Notes: generated from the sequence alone by a model not told the origin. A stretch of DNA of 62,058 nt, filler included, from 7 parts of 7 records of this genome joined end to end with filler, not necessarily neighbours in it, one strand, 5' to 3'. Counted from the first letter of the whole stretch, positions 40,695 through 51,309 are shown. Numbers and translations are program-made.

Positions 40695-41699
40695 CTAAGC
40701 GAGGCGATGTGCATAGAGGGGAAATTTCTGGCACAGGGCCTTAACCTCCGAGCGGATGTTTTTGAGTTCTGCTTCGTTCTCAATATTCTTTAGAGCTCTG
40801 TCAATCCAGCCTGCGACCTGAAGCATCTCAGCTTCTTTCAAGCCACGTGACGTTGTGGCCGCAGTCCCGATACGGATTCCGCTGGTTACAAAAGGAGAAC
40901 GGGTATCAAATGGAACCGCATTCTTATTGACGGTGATACCAGCATCTTCAAGCGCTCTCTCAGCTACTTTTCCTGTTGTCTCCGTACCAGTAAAGTCAAC
41001 CAGCATCAGGTGGTTGTCTGTTCCACCCGAAACGAGCTTGTATCCTCTCTCCACCAGTCCAGCCGCGAGTGCCTGAGCGTTTTTAACGACCTGCTGAGCG
41101 TAATCCTTGAATTCAGGACTCAATGCTTCTTTCAAGGCAACGGCTTTTGCTGCAATAACATGCATCAGAGGGCCACCCTGAATGCCCGGAAAAATATTAC
41201 TATTTAGTTTCTTGCTCCACTCTTCCGTGCAGAGGATCATCCCTCCACGTGGGCCACGCAGGGTTTTGTGCGTTGTCGTTGTCACAAATTCAGCATACGG
41301 GACCGGGTTAGGATGGACTCCGGCCGCGACCAACCCGGCGATGTGAGCCATATCAACCATGACAACAGCGCCAACTTTATCAGCCACCTTGCGGAATGCC
41401 GCAAAATCAATTTCACGCGGATAAGCGCTGGCGCCAACAACAATCAGCTTCGGCTTATGCTCTAATGCCAGCCTTTCGACTTCGTCATAGTCGATTCGAC
41501 CTGTTTCAGCATCCAGACCATAGGGAACAATGTTGTACAGTTTCCCTGAAAAGTTGACCGGAGATCCATGCGTCAAGTGACCACCGTGAGCGAGGTTCAT
41601 CCCAAGAACGGTGTCCCCGGGCTGGCAAACTGCCATATAGACAGCCATATTGGCCTGTGAACCGGAGTGCGCCTGAACATTGGCATGCTCAGCACCAAA
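40695..41699 (-). CDS. glyA: Serine hydroxymethyltransferase, 5'-truncated
   Basis: [47 protein letters not shown]. Confidence 0.97.
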   Translation of the reverse strand, partial: FGAEHANVQAHSGSQANMAVYMAVCQPGDTVLGMNLAHGGHLTHGSPVNFSGKLYNIVPYGLDAETGRIDYDEVERLALEHKPKLIVVGASAYPREIDFAAFRKVADKVGAVVMVDMAHIAGLVAAGVHPNPVPYAEFVTTTTHKTLRGPRGGMILCTEEWSKKLNSNIFPGIQGGPLMHVIAAKAVALKEALSPEFKDYAQQVVKNAQALAAGLVERGYKLVSGGTDNHLMLVDFTGTETTGKVAERALEDAGITVNKNAVPFDTRSPFVTSGIRIGTAATTSRGLKEAEMLQVAGWIDRALKNIENEAELKNIRSEVKALCQKFPLYAHRLA

Positions 41700-41700
41700 A

Positions 41701-41800
41701 NNNNNNNNNNNNNNNNNNNNNNNNNNNNNNNNNNNNNNNNNNNNTTAATTAATTAANNNNNNNNNNNNNNNNNNNNNNNNNNNNNNNNNNNNNNNNNNNN
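41701..41800. other. Artificial contig spacer
   Basis: N-run with TTAATTAATTAA. Confidence 0.99.
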
Positions 41801-41801
41801 C

Positions 41802-43244
41802 GCCCAAGTCGCACTGCCATACGGCTCGGCTGTCGAACAGACGGAGGCTGTTCGTGACCGTCTGCTGGCCAGCGCTAACCAGGTCGCAGAGAAATATGCC
41901 GAACAGAACCTTGTGGTCGGCACCTTTGCCGATCTCGGCCGCAGCGTAAACGGTTCCGCCGGCAGCCACACCGTCGATATCAGAGTGTATCTGGCCGACC
42001 CGGAAGAGCGCGTGATCCCGACCGCGCAATTTATCCAGGAGTGGCGCAGAGCAACCGGAGAGATCAGTGGACTTGAATCGATCACTTTCCTTTCCGATTC
42101 AGGAGGCCCCGGTTCCGGCAAGGCCTTGAAAATTGAGCTCAGCCACACCGATCTGGCAACCCTGGAGCAGGCCGGGCAGGACCTGGCGGAAGCCCTGTCC
42201 GGGTACGCAATCGTCAAGGACATTGATAACGGCTTTGCGCCGGGAAAAGAACAGCTCGACTTCAGTATGCGCCCTGAAGGGCTGAGTCTCGGCTTAACGG
42301 CAAGAGAGGTTGCCCTGCAGGTCCGCCATGCTTACGACGGTGCCGAGGTTCTGAAACAACAACGGGGGCGCAACGAGGTGCAGGTGACAGTGCGCCGGCC
42401 GGAAAACGAGCGGATCTCCGAGTACGATCTGGAAGAAATGATCCTGCGCAATGCCAGTGGTATCGAAATCCCGTTGCGCGAGGCCGTCGATATCAAGCGT
42501 GGTCGAGCCTACACCAGTATCGACCGGGAGAATGGGCGGCGGGTGATCACCGTCAGCGCCGATGCACGCCCGGCCAGTCAAGCCGGGCAGATCAAAAAGG
42601 ACTTACAGGCCGTGGCTTTGCCTGACCTGGCAGACCGATATCCAGGACTGAGCGCCAGTTTTGCAGGACGTCAGGCAGATATGGCTGAAAGTATGTCGAG
42701 CCTTTATCAGGGCTTGGGATTAGCGCTGATGCTGATTTACGGCCTGCTGGCAATTCCGTTCCGTAGCTACATCCAGCCGATGATTATCATGTTCAGTATC
42801 CCCTTTGGTATCGTCGGTGCGGTCATCGGCCACCTGTTGCTCGGTTACAGCTTGAGCGTGATGAGCATGTTCGGCGTCGTGGCCCTGTCGGGGGTGGTGG
42901 TGAATGATTCACTGGTGTTGATCGATTTTGCCAATCGACAGCAGCGCAAAGGGAATTCAGCCCTGATCGCCGTGGTCGAAGCGGGGATTCTTCGCTTTCG
43001 GCCGGTCCTGCTGACCACCCTGACCACGTTCTGTGGTTTGATGCCGATGATCTTTGAAACTTCGCGTCAAGCACGGTTCCTTATTCCGATGGCTATTTCC
43101 CTCGGCTTCGGCATCCTCTTCGCAACCCTGATCGCACTGTTGCTGGTTCCCTGTCTCTATTTGATTGTTGATGATGTGACTCGTCTGTTTTCTCAACCGC
43201 AGCAAAAAAACAATCTCACACCGGCGCACAAAGGATCGGGCTGA
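41802..43244 (+). CDS. RND efflux permease (AcrB family), C-terminal half
   Basis: LIYGLLAIPFRSY.QP, GVVVNDSLVL, RFRPVLLTTLTT..GLMP, PMAISLGFG. Confidence 0.92.
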   Translation, partial: AQVALPYGSAVEQTEAVRDRLLASANQVAEKYAEQNLVVGTFADLGRSVNGSAGSHTVDIRVYLADPEERVIPTAQFIQEWRRATGEISGLESITFLSDSGGPGSGKALKIELSHTDLATLEQAGQDLAEALSGYAIVKDIDNGFAPGKEQLDFSMRPEGLSLGLTAREVALQVRHAYDGAEVLKQQRGRNEVQVTVRRPENERISEYDLEEMILRNASGIEIPLREAVDIKRGRAYTSIDRENGRRVITVSADARPASQAGQIKKDLQAVALPDLADRYPGLSASFAGRQADMAESMSSLYQGLGLALMLIYGLLAIPFRSYIQPMIIMFSIPFGIVGAVIGHLLLGYSLSVMSMFGVVALSGVVVNDSLVLIDFANRQQRKGNSALIAVVEAGILRFRPVLLTTLTTFCGLMPMIFETSRQARFLIPMAISLGFGILFATLIALLLVPCLYLIVDDVTRLFSQPQQKNNLTPAHKGSG

Positions 43245-43267
43245 TACGGCTTCTGCCGTAGCAACAG

Positions 43268-43304
43268 AAAAGCCCTGTACAGAACAGATTCCGTACAGGG
43301 CTTT
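43268..43304. terminator. Bidirectional rho-independent terminator
   Basis: AAAGCCCTGTAC...GTACAGGGCTTT between convergent genes. Confidence 0.8.
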
Positions 43305-43354
43305 AATTGCGTGCAAAATGAGCCTTTTGGTCAGACCGGCTCACCTTTGTTCTG

Positions 43355-44155
43355 CTACTCCTCGTCGTGATACGTCTTTCTGATCAATAAGGCAATACAA
43401 CCACCGAGAAGCAAGAGAAGAACGATCGCGCCACCGATCATTTTCCGCTGACCAAGGGTATTTTCATAATCCACAATGGCGGCCTTGGTTTCACTCAACT
43501 CGTCCTCAATCTCCCCCTTTTGAGCTTTGATCTTGTCGATGTTGACCGTATGGAACAGACGGCGGAAAGAATTGCGTGACGAAAAGAGTGAATTTTCCAG
43601 TTCTTTCGTGTCGATGCCAACCCGGTGCAGCTTACTGACAGAAGCTTCCAAAGACGCTAAAGACTCCTCGGTCGCGCTGATCTCATTCTTGACATTGACC
43701 GCGCGTTCGTAATCGTGGCAGCGTGAACAGCTGTGCTCATTGATCAATTCAATCGACGCCAACTTGATCGCATGGTTTTCGTGACAGACAACACATTGCG
43801 CTCCGCCGACTTCGAGCGCTTGGCCGTGCGCACTGGCCATATAGTCGTCCTTGACCCCGACATGACAACGGCCACAGAAATCCGGCACCTTGTCGTAATC
43901 GGGAACACCGATAAACCCGCTCTCCGGCAACATCGCCAGTTCAAAATCGGTTGGGTCGCCACCATGGCAATCGTGGCAAGAGATGCCGTTAGCCTCGTGA
44001 ACACTTCCGCGCCAGTGAGCAACAGGATCCGCCAGAATACCATCGAGACCGCCATGACACTGAATACAGACCGTCTCTTCAGCGGCCAGCGAAGCCGTCG
44101 CAAGAAACAAAACAGCCACAAACAAAACAACGGGGATAAGTATTGTATTTTTCAT
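43355..44155 (-). CDS. Membrane-anchored pentaheme cytochrome c (CbcX-like)
   Basis: Signal peptide; CIQCH, CHDCH, CGRCH, CVVCH, CSRCH; C-terminal TM. Confidence 0.88.
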   Translation of the reverse strand: MKNTILIPVVLFVAVLFLATASLAAEETVCIQCHGGLDGILADPVAHWRGSVHEANGISCHDCHGGDPTDFELAMLPESGFIGVPDYDKVPDFCGRCHVGVKDDYMASAHGQALEVGGAQCVVCHENHAIKLASIELINEHSCSRCHDYERAVNVKNEISATEESLASLEASVSKLHRVGIDTKELENSLFSSRNSFRRLFHTVNIDKIKAQKGEIEDELSETKAAIVDYENTLGQRKMIGGAIVLLLLLGGCIALLIRKTYHDEE

Positions 44156-45252
44156 GAGTAGTGCCCCCAGACCGACAGCCCGAGAAACAGCAGTATTCCG
44201 AGCAGATAGAGGGTGACAAAAATCGGTCGCTTCGATGGACGCCTCTCTGGGCTGCGATCCAGGAATGGCAGCATGGCCAGAAAACCCATGGCCGCACCCT
44301 GCGAGGCCAAACCGAGCAACTCACTCGGGAAGATTTTCAATGACTGATAAGCCCACAGGAAATACCACTCCGGCTTGATGTGTTCAGGCGTCGTGAATGG
44401 ATCTGCAGGTTCCAGTGCATCGTACGGAATAAACAACCACGGCGCGTAAAACGTGATGGCCACCAGCGCCGCCAGGGCGAAGAAGACCATCGACAGATCC
44501 TTGATTGTATAGTTTGGATGAAACGGAACACCGTCGATATGTTCTTCATGGTGAAAACTCTGCGTCAATTCCGTCGGACGATAATCCTCTCCAAATGGAG
44601 GGCTCGAAATCCCAACCCTGCGGACACAGAACAGGTGAGCTCCGACCAGCCCTAAAAACGCCATCGGCAACCCCATCACGTGTAGAGCGAAGAAGCGTCC
44701 CAGAGTTGCCTCTCCGACAGACGGCCCGCCACGGAGGAACTCAACCAGATATTCACCGACGATCGGAATCGCCCCTGCGGCATCAGTCGCAACAGTGGTT
44801 GCCCAGAACGACAACTGACTCCAGGGCAGAAGATAACCGGTCAAACAGAAGACCAGCCCAAGATTAAACAGTCCGAACCCCGACAGCCAGGTCAGTTCCC
44901 GCGGACGCTTGTAACTGCCCATAAAAAGAACAGACAGCATGTGCAGCAGCAGAAAGACCATGATCAGGTTTGAGCCGACGACATGCAGATAGCGCAGCAG
45001 CCAGCCATAAGGCACTTCGTTCATGATCATGGTGACGCTGGCAAACGCCTTCTCTGTATCAGGAACGTAATAGACCAGCAGGACAATACCAGTCAGGAAC
45101 TGTAGTCCGAACATCGCCATCAGGACCGCGCCGAGGGTATACCAGATATTGATGTTACGCGGCAGCAGGTAGCCACCCATATTGTTGTGTATCAACTCTC
45201 TGACGCCGAGTCGCCTGTCCAGCCAATCCATCGCTTCTTTAGGTAAATTCAT
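44152..45252 (-). CDS. Cytochrome b (b6 + subunit IV fused) of a Rieske/cyt b complex (CbcW-like)
   Basis: GWLLRYLH, LLLHM, PRELTW, TGYLLPW.Q.S.W, RFFALH, KPEWYF. Confidence 0.92.
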   Translation of the reverse strand: MNLPKEAMDWLDRRLGVRELIHNNMGGYLLPRNINIWYTLGAVLMAMFGLQFLTGIVLLVYYVPDTEKAFASVTMIMNEVPYGWLLRYLHVVGSNLIMVFLLLHMLSVLFMGSYKRPRELTWLSGFGLFNLGLVFCLTGYLLPWSQLSFWATTVATDAAGAIPIVGEYLVEFLRGGPSVGEATLGRFFALHVMGLPMAFLGLVGAHLFCVRRVGISSPPFGEDYRPTELTQSFHHEEHIDGVPFHPNYTIKDLSMVFFALAALVAITFYAPWLFIPYDALEPADPFTTPEHIKPEWYFLWAYQSLKIFPSELLGLASQGAAMGFLAMLPFLDRSPERRPSKRPIFVTLYLLGILLFLGLSVWGHYS

Positions 45253-45263
45253 GCAATGCCTCC

Positions 45264-45698
45264 TCAGCCGACCAGAATGTCGTCGCCGTCAATAGCAACA
45301 CTGTAGGTATCAAGGGGTTCCGGAGGGGGGCCTCCAAGGACCTGGCCTGCCGTCGAAAAACGTCCCGCGTGGCACGGGCAGAGAAATTCCTGTTTGTCGT
45401 CCACCCATTTGACAATACAGCCCAAATGCGTACAAACCGCACTTAAAGCGACAAAGTTTCCGGCTTCAGGTTGCAGCAAAACCGCTGGCCGCCCCTGATA
45501 GGAAAAGAAATGGGCATCGCCAACCTTCACCTGCTGGCGCGCGATACGAACTTGCTCCGCCGCTCCTCCCTTGTCTCTCGGGGACAGATAGCGGAACAGA
45601 GGCCAGCTGAACGCCCCGGCGACAATGGCACCGATCGCTCCCAGCATGATAGTGAGAAACGTCCTCCGTTGTTTTGCACTTTCAGGGGTGCTACTCAT
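45264..45698 (-). CDS. Rieske [2Fe-2S] subunit (CbcV-like)
   Basis: Tat motif RRTFL plus TM, CTHLGC, CPCH, GPPP.PL. Confidence 0.93.
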   Translation of the reverse strand: MSSTPESAKQRRTFLTIMLGAIGAIVAGAFSWPLFRYLSPRDKGGAAEQVRIARQQVKVGDAHFFSYQGRPAVLLQPEAGNFVALSAVCTHLGCIVKWVDDKQEFLCPCHAGRFSTAGQVLGGPPPEPLDTYSVAIDGDDILVG

Positions 45699-45722
45699 AC
45701 AGGCTCCTTTGAAAGACTCCAA

Positions 45723-46412
45723 TCAATTAGTGGATAGGCGTGCCGAAACCGGCACCCTCAGTTCAGGGACACGAATGAAATCACTCTGTAATGAAATATA
45801 ACCAGACAGCCGTTTTCGACCGGCGGGAAAGACCGTAGACACGGATAGAACTTCAGTCGTTCCAGGGTTAATCCGCATGGAGGAAAGTTCCACGGTTATA
45901 TCAGGGTTCGATGATTCAACCGCTTTAAAAACGATCGTTCTTTCTGAATCGTTGGCAATAATAAGTTCCTGCTGCAAAGCGGTACCTACTTTGACGCGAC
46001 CCCAGTTCACTCTCTTTGGGTCAGCGTACAGCTCCGCCTTAACGTCTCCGGACAAAATCAGGTTGACCACAGGATGGGTCGGATCATTGGTATCGAATGT
46101 GATCTGCTTCTGAACTTTACCACGAAACCCGGCGGAATCGAACGACACCTTCATCTCCCCCATTTCTCCGGGCTCAAGACGACGGCTCGATAACAGGGCT
46201 GCAGTACAACCACAGGAGCTCCTCACCTGGCTGATTTCAAGAGGTGCATCTCCAGCGTTGTGCAAGCGGTAGGTATAGCTCAAAATGTCCCCCTGCGTTA
46301 TCCGGCCAAAATCATGGGCCGTTTTCTCAACAGCCAGCATCGGGGAGGCGTTTGCAGACGCGACCAGGCCGGTCACTAAGAGGAAGAGTAAAAAGAGTCT
46401 GTTACGGTTCAT
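45723..46412 (-). CDS. DUF1573 domain protein (Ig-like, exported)
   Basis: Signal peptide, DFG.I..G, N.GDAPL.I..V.SSCGCT, TNDP. Confidence 0.85.
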   Translation of the reverse strand: MNRNRLFLLFLLVTGLVASANASPMLAVEKTAHDFGRITQGDILSYTYRLHNAGDAPLEISQVRSSCGCTAALLSSRRLEPGEMGEMKVSFDSAGFRGKVQKQITFDTNDPTHPVVNLILSGDVKAELYADPKRVNWGRVKVGTALQQELIIANDSERTIVFKAVESSNPDITVELSSMRINPGTTEVLSVSTVFPAGRKRLSGYISLQSDFIRVPELRVPVSARLSTN

Positions 46413-46511
46413 ATCAAGCATCCATTGAACAATAGAGAGATCAAATCTAACCGCCCCGAATCATAGCATATTCTTCTTTCTGAAAACAGATATGCGCCAA
46501 ATTCGTTTCAA

Positions 46512-46541
46512 TTGACAGGGTGACTTTCTTCCTGCTATAGA
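46512..46541 (+). promoter_or_regulatory. Sigma70-type promoter of hpt
   Basis: TTGACA, 18 nt, TATAGA preceded by TGn. Confidence 0.5.
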
Positions 46542-46579
46542 TTGCTGCATCAAAATAACAATGAGGAGTTGCATATCTT

Positions 46580-47107
46580 ATGGCGGAACAGAGCCGCAAA
46601 ATCTTATTTTCTAGAGAAAAAATTGCCACTGAGATCAAACGGATCGCTCAGGAAATCAGTCACGATTTTCAGGGCCAGGAAGTTATGTTGGTTGGAGTCT
46701 TAAAGGGCTCCTTTTTATTTATTGCTGACTTAATTCGCGAGATCGAAGTTCCATCAGTTATTGACTTTGTCCGCCTGGCTAGCTACGGGTCCGGCACACA
46801 AACATCCGGGATTATCGAGTTCAGAAAAGAACTCGAGATGCCGATCCGTGATCGCAATGTTATCATTGTTGAGGACATCGTCGACAGCGGTTACACTCTG
46901 GAATGTCTTTACAACAAGCTCCTGCTTCAGGAGCCAAAGTCATTAAAGATCTGCACCCTGATTGATAAAACAGCACGCCGGGAAGTCGAGATCAACGCAG
47001 ACTACGTTGGCATCTCGATGGAGGATGGTTTCATCATCGGTTATGGTCTGGATCATGATGAAAAATATCGCAACCTGCCGGACATCTACCTTGTGGAAGA
47101 GGTCTGA
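46580..47107 (+). CDS. hpt: Hypoxanthine phosphoribosyltransferase
   Basis: VGVLKGS, VIIVEDIVDSGYTL, F.IGYGLD..EKYRNLP. Confidence 0.95.
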   Translation: MAEQSRKILFSREKIATEIKRIAQEISHDFQGQEVMLVGVLKGSFLFIADLIREIEVPSVIDFVRLASYGSGTQTSGIIEFRKELEMPIRDRNVIIVEDIVDSGYTLECLYNKLLLQEPKSLKICTLIDKTARREVEINADYVGISMEDGFIIGYGLDHDEKYRNLPDIYLVEEV

Positions 47108-47225
47108 AGCAGATAGAGGACGCACGGGATCGCAGCACGTTTAGCAAAAACTAATGACACGAGCAATATAAGCCGATAAGGTTCAAATACCTTCAAGAGT
47201 CTTATTTTACAAAGGAGAACATTAG

Positions 47226-48296
47226 ATGATTATCGTCTGCCCCGAATGTTCAACCCGGTTCAACGTTAATGATGAGCGCATCCCCGAGGGTGGCGCGAAA
47301 GTCCGATGCGCCCGATGCAAACATGTCTTTCGAGCCGAACCACCAGCCCCGACTGTCGTCCCGGAAGAAGTCTCTCCCGGCGAACCGTCCGTGCAGCCGG
47401 AGGAAGAACCTGCGCTGACTGAGGCGGCCGCAGCAACTGACGAGAGCACGGACGAGCCCTCTTTCTCGTATGAAAGCTTTCAGGAACTCGACTCATCAAA
47501 GGCTCAGGATGAAACTTTCACGTTCTCCTCTGAAGGGCCAGCGGATGAACCCGAGCAGGAAAGTGACTTCACCTTTAACGATTCCACTGGAGATGCGGAA
47601 ACCGCAATTGAGAAAGTCATCGCCTCCACTGAAGAGCCAGCTGCAGAAGAATCAGTCCAGCAGGAAGAGACCGAAAACGAAGCGGAGCTGACGGCACCGG
47701 CAAAGGAAGCGGAACCACTCGAGGAAATCCCCACTCAGACGGCCCCACCGCAAAAAAGCGGCGCTGGCTCCCTGATTCGGATTTTGCTGATCCTGATCCT
47801 CGGAATTCTTGTGATTGCCGGTGTCATGGTCTACATGAACGGCCCTGACAGTCTCAATCAAACCATGCAGCAACTGCTGGGACAACAAACGGAAAGGCCG
47901 GTGCAAGCCGGCCGTATTTCCCTGGCAAAGCTTGAGGGACGCTTCATCCAGAACGAGAACGCAGGAGAGCTGTTTCTCATTCGCGGTGAAGCGATTAATG
48001 ATTTCAAGGAACCACGCAGCGGGATTCAGGTCAAAGGTGTCATCTTCGACCAGAACGGCAAACCTCTCTTGCAGAAAACAGTTTTTTGCGGAAATCCGAT
48101 CACTGAAAAGCAGCTGACATCGCTTTCCTTCCCCGAGTTGGAGAAAATCATGGGGAATCAGTTTGGGGAGGGTTTGCGCAACATGAAGATTCAGGAAGGA
48201 CAGGCGATCGCCTTCGACATCGTGTTTAAAGATCTGCCGCAGAACCTGTCTGAGTACAGCGTCAAAGTCACCGCCTCAAAGCCTGCCTCCAAGTAA
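47226..48296 (+). CDS. MJ0042-type zinc-ribbon / DUF3426 membrane protein
   Basis: CPEC...KVRCARC.HVF, acidic linker, one TM, periplasmic C-terminal domain. Confidence 0.82.
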   Translation: MIIVCPECSTRFNVNDERIPEGGAKVRCARCKHVFRAEPPAPTVVPEEVSPGEPSVQPEEEPALTEAAAATDESTDEPSFSYESFQELDSSKAQDETFTFSSEGPADEPEQESDFTFNDSTGDAETAIEKVIASTEEPAAEESVQQEETENEAELTAPAKEAEPLEEIPTQTAPPQKSGAGSLIRILLILILGILVIAGVMVYMNGPDSLNQTMQQLLGQQTERPVQAGRISLAKLEGRFIQNENAGELFLIRGEAINDFKEPRSGIQVKGVIFDQNGKPLLQKTVFCGNPITEKQLTSLSFPELEKIMGNQFGEGLRNMKIQEGQAIAFDIVFKDLPQNLSEYSVKVTASKPASK

Positions 48297-48332
48297 GATC
48301 TGTCACAAAATCCTTCACCAGCAAGCCAGATA

Positions 48333-48370
48333 AAAAAAGACGGTAATAACCGAAGTTACCACCGCCTTTT
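48333..48370. terminator. Probable bidirectional terminator
   Basis: AAAAGACGGT-AATAAC-CGAA-GTTACC-ACCGCCTTTT between convergent genes. Confidence 0.6.
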
Positions 48371-48399
48371 CATTGTCTTTATGTACGATTGAGCTCTAA

Positions 48400-48570
48400 T
48401 TACTCAGCAGCAATCGCATCAACCGGACAAGAGTCAACACATGCACCACAATCAGTACAGGTTGCTGCATCAATGCTGTAGCATGGATCGCCTTCAGCGA
48501 TCGCATCAACAGGGCAGGTAGCTACACAAGCACCACAAGCGATACATTCGTCAGAAATTACGTGAGCCAT
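48400..48570 (-). CDS. 2[4Fe-4S] clostridial-type ferredoxin (56 aa, absent from the ORF track)
   Basis: GGAGG RBS; MAHVISDECIACGACVATCPVDAIAEGDPCYSIDAATCTDCGACVDSCPVDAIAAE, two CxxCxxCxxxCP motifs. Confidence 0.95.
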   Translation of the reverse strand: MAHVISDECIACGACVATCPVDAIAEGDPCYSIDAATCTDCGACVDSCPVDAIAAE

Positions 48571-48856
48571 TGTCTTCCTCCTTGATTTGTTTTAAATTTT
48601 GCTGCCCGTCTATCGGGCTCGCTGGCAAGTTGGGAGCACTCTAACCGATCTTGATTTCCTTGTCCAGCCCAGAAAAACCTGAGTAATACACTAATTTTTC
48701 AAGATATCCTGTTGACTTTTTAAGTCGTGAATTCATATAACCACACTTAACATAAATGATATTATCTATTGTTTTAGAATTCACGCGGCCACAGAGTCCT
48801 TAGCATCTATAAATAAATATTACTTGCCATTCTTTCTATTTAGAGGAGAAAAAATT

Positions 48857-50122
48857 ATGGACATTCTAGCTTTGAATTGCGGCAGTTCTTCGGTCAAATA
48901 TCAGCTTTTTGACTGGACTAAAAAAGAAGTTATTGCAAAGGGCATGGTCGAAAGGGTCACCATCGGTGATTCCTACATTATTCATGAGGTTCCAGGTCGC
49001 GAAACCTATCGTGAGGAATATGAGTGTCCTGATCATAAGGTCGCAATCCATCTGATCATCAAAACACTGACCAGCACCGAGCATGGCGTCGTTAAAGACA
49101 TGAGTGCCATCTCCGCCGTCGGTCACCGCGTTGTTCACGGAGGAGAAAAATTCACCCGCTCCGTCATGATCAACGATACCGTTCTGAACGCGATCAAGGA
49201 TGTTCAGCACCTGGCCCCACTACACAATCCGCCAAACATTTCAGGAATTGAAGCGGCCCAGGAAAATCTTCCGAACGTTCCCCATGTTGCTATTTTCGAT
49301 ACAGCTTTCCATCAGACCATGCCGGAGCATGCGTTCACCTACCCTGTTCCGATGGAATGGTATGAGAAGCATGGCGTCCGCCGTTACGGCTTCCATGGAA
49401 CCAGTCACCTTTACGTATCTAAAAGAGCTTCGGTCCTGCTCGGCAAGAAACCGGAAGAGTGCAACATTATCACCATGCATATTGGCAATGGCGTATCCCA
49501 CTCAGCCATCAAGAACGGGGTCTCAGTTGATACCTCAATGGGCCTGACACCACTTGAAGGGGCTGTTATGGGAACACGCTGCGGCGATATCGATCCCGCT
49601 ATCCCGGCGTTTGTTATGGAGCGTGAGAACCTCACCCCCAAAGAGATTGACAGCGTCCTGAACAAAAAATCGGGGATTCTCGGTGTGACTGGCGAATTCA
49701 CCGATCGTCGTGACGTGATCGAGGCGGCAGAGGCCGGCAACGAACGCTGTCAGCTTGCCCTGGAGATTGAAGCGTATCGCCTGAAAAAGTATATTGGCTC
49801 TTACTGTGCTGCTCTCGGCCGGCTCGATGCGGTTGTCTTTACAGCAGGTGTCGGTGAGATGGCCTGGCTGATCCGTGAAAAAGCCCTCGACAACCTTGAG
49901 CACATCGGGATCAAGCTCGATAAGGAAGTCAACCGCAACACCATGACCCGCAAAAAAGAGACTGAGATCACCACTCCAGATTCTCCGGTCAAGGTTTTCG
50001 TCATCCCGACGGACGAAGAACTGGTCTTCACGGAAGATGTCGTAGCCATCCTTGAAGAGACGTACACGGATCACATGTCGTTCAGTTATACGTTCGCTGA
50101 CAAGAGTTTTGAGCGAAAGTAG
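48857..50122 (+). CDS. ackA: Acetate kinase
   Basis: LNCGSSS.K, GHRVVHGG, APLHNP, FDTAFH, RRYGFHGTSH, TSMGLTPLEG, FTAGVGE, PTDEE; ATG 48857 after GAGGAG. Confidence 0.97.
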   Translation: MDILALNCGSSSVKYQLFDWTKKEVIAKGMVERVTIGDSYIIHEVPGRETYREEYECPDHKVAIHLIIKTLTSTEHGVVKDMSAISAVGHRVVHGGEKFTRSVMINDTVLNAIKDVQHLAPLHNPPNISGIEAAQENLPNVPHVAIFDTAFHQTMPEHAFTYPVPMEWYEKHGVRRYGFHGTSHLYVSKRASVLLGKKPEECNIITMHIGNGVSHSAIKNGVSVDTSMGLTPLEGAVMGTRCGDIDPAIPAFVMERENLTPKEIDSVLNKKSGILGVTGEFTDRRDVIEAAEAGNERCQLALEIEAYRLKKYIGSYCAALGRLDAVVFTAGVGEMAWLIREKALDNLEHIGIKLDKEVNRNTMTRKKETEITTPDSPVKVFVIPTDEELVFTEDVVAILEETYTDHMSFSYTFADKSFERK

Positions 50123-50146
50123 TCAAATCATCGATCCACTTATGAT

Positions 50147-50175
50147 AAGGTCGGGGCAAAGTCCCGGCCTTTTTT
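50147..50175 (+). terminator. Rho-independent terminator
   Basis: AAGGTCGGGGC-AAA-GTCCCGGCC followed by a T-run. Confidence 0.75.
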
Positions 50176-50215
50176 AGCATCACGATTCTGTACGCATTTA
50201 ACAAGCGAGTCCGAT

Positions 50216-51309
50216 ATGGCTGCAACGGTTGCTCAACTGCAAAAGAAAATCAGAGAACTGAAGAAAGAAGTGAAAACCCTTCAGGAATCCTGTGACAGCC
50301 TGCAACAAACACAATCCAGCTACGAGCAGATCATCGGTGACAACAACAGCAGCCTGCTGCGGGCCGATATGGCAAGCATGGAACTTGAGCAGGTTTTTTC
50401 CGCCTACACGGATGCAACATGGGTCCTGAAAGAAGACGGATCCGTCATTCGAGTCAATAATGCCATGTTGAAAATGCTGGACAAGACCGACTACGAAGTG
50501 ATCGGGAAAAAGTGCTTTGACTTGATAGATTACCACCTTTGCGACAAGCTGAACTGCCCACGTGTCGGTCTGAAACGTCAACCGAACAAGGAAATTGACA
50601 TCACCCTTGAGCGTGAAGGCTCAAATCAGCACTATCTCCTGACAGCTGCGCAACTGATCACAATTGACGGGTCTCCCGGCTGCGTCGTTCAGTTCAAGGA
50701 CATTACCGATCGAAAAGAGGCCGAAGAAGAGCTGGAAAAAGCGAATGCCACACTGGAAAGGCTCGCATTGGTAGACGGCCTGACACAGATTGCAAACCGC
50801 CGCAGCTTCGATGAGACACTGAACAAAGAGTGGTTGCGGCTGCGTCGATCAAGCCAGCCGATCAGCCTCCTTTTAGGGGACATCGACTTCTTCAAGAAGT
50901 ACAACGACCACTACGGCCACCAGGCCGGCGACGACTGCCTGAAGGAGGTTGGTTCAGCGCTGTCAAAATCTGTTCTGCGCCCAGCTGATCTGGCTGCCGC
51001 TACGGTGGCGAAGAGTTTGCCCTGCTGTTGCCCGAAGTTGAAACAGAAGGAGCAGTTCTGGTCGGGGAGAGAGCCCTGAAAGGGATTGCCGGTCTGAAAA
51101 TCCCGCACCAACAATCGGACGTCAGTGACCATGTCTCCATCAGTATCGGGGTAGCAACACTCGTCCCGTCACAGGATCTCGAGCCTAAGGATCTGATTGC
51201 TCTGGCCGATGAAGCGCTGTACACGGCCAAGGAACAGGGTCGCAATCGTATTTATGCTCATGAGCCTGATCAGCAGGACACAGAATCAGCCTCAGAAAAG
51301 CATCAATAG
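50216..51309 (+). CDS. PAS-GGDEF diguanylate cyclase; 1-nt frameshift at about 50997-51000
   Basis: PAS...DIT.RK, DGLT.IANRR, DIDFFK.YND.YGH.AGD; one added C restores RPADLAARYGGEEF (RxxD I-site, GGEEF); ADEALY.AK..GRN. Confidence 0.9.

Noticed and set aside
33496-41700. glyA-deaminase-nrdR-ribDE-ribBA-ribH-nusB-hom cluster, checked for an FMN riboswitch
   Set aside because: An ordinary conserved housekeeping operon; the intergenic gaps are too short for an RFN element.
48726-48785. CGTGAATTC...GAATTCACG inverted pair upstream of ackA as a Rex operator
   Set aside because: The half-sites are about 40 nt apart rather than 4 nt, and the arms are short.
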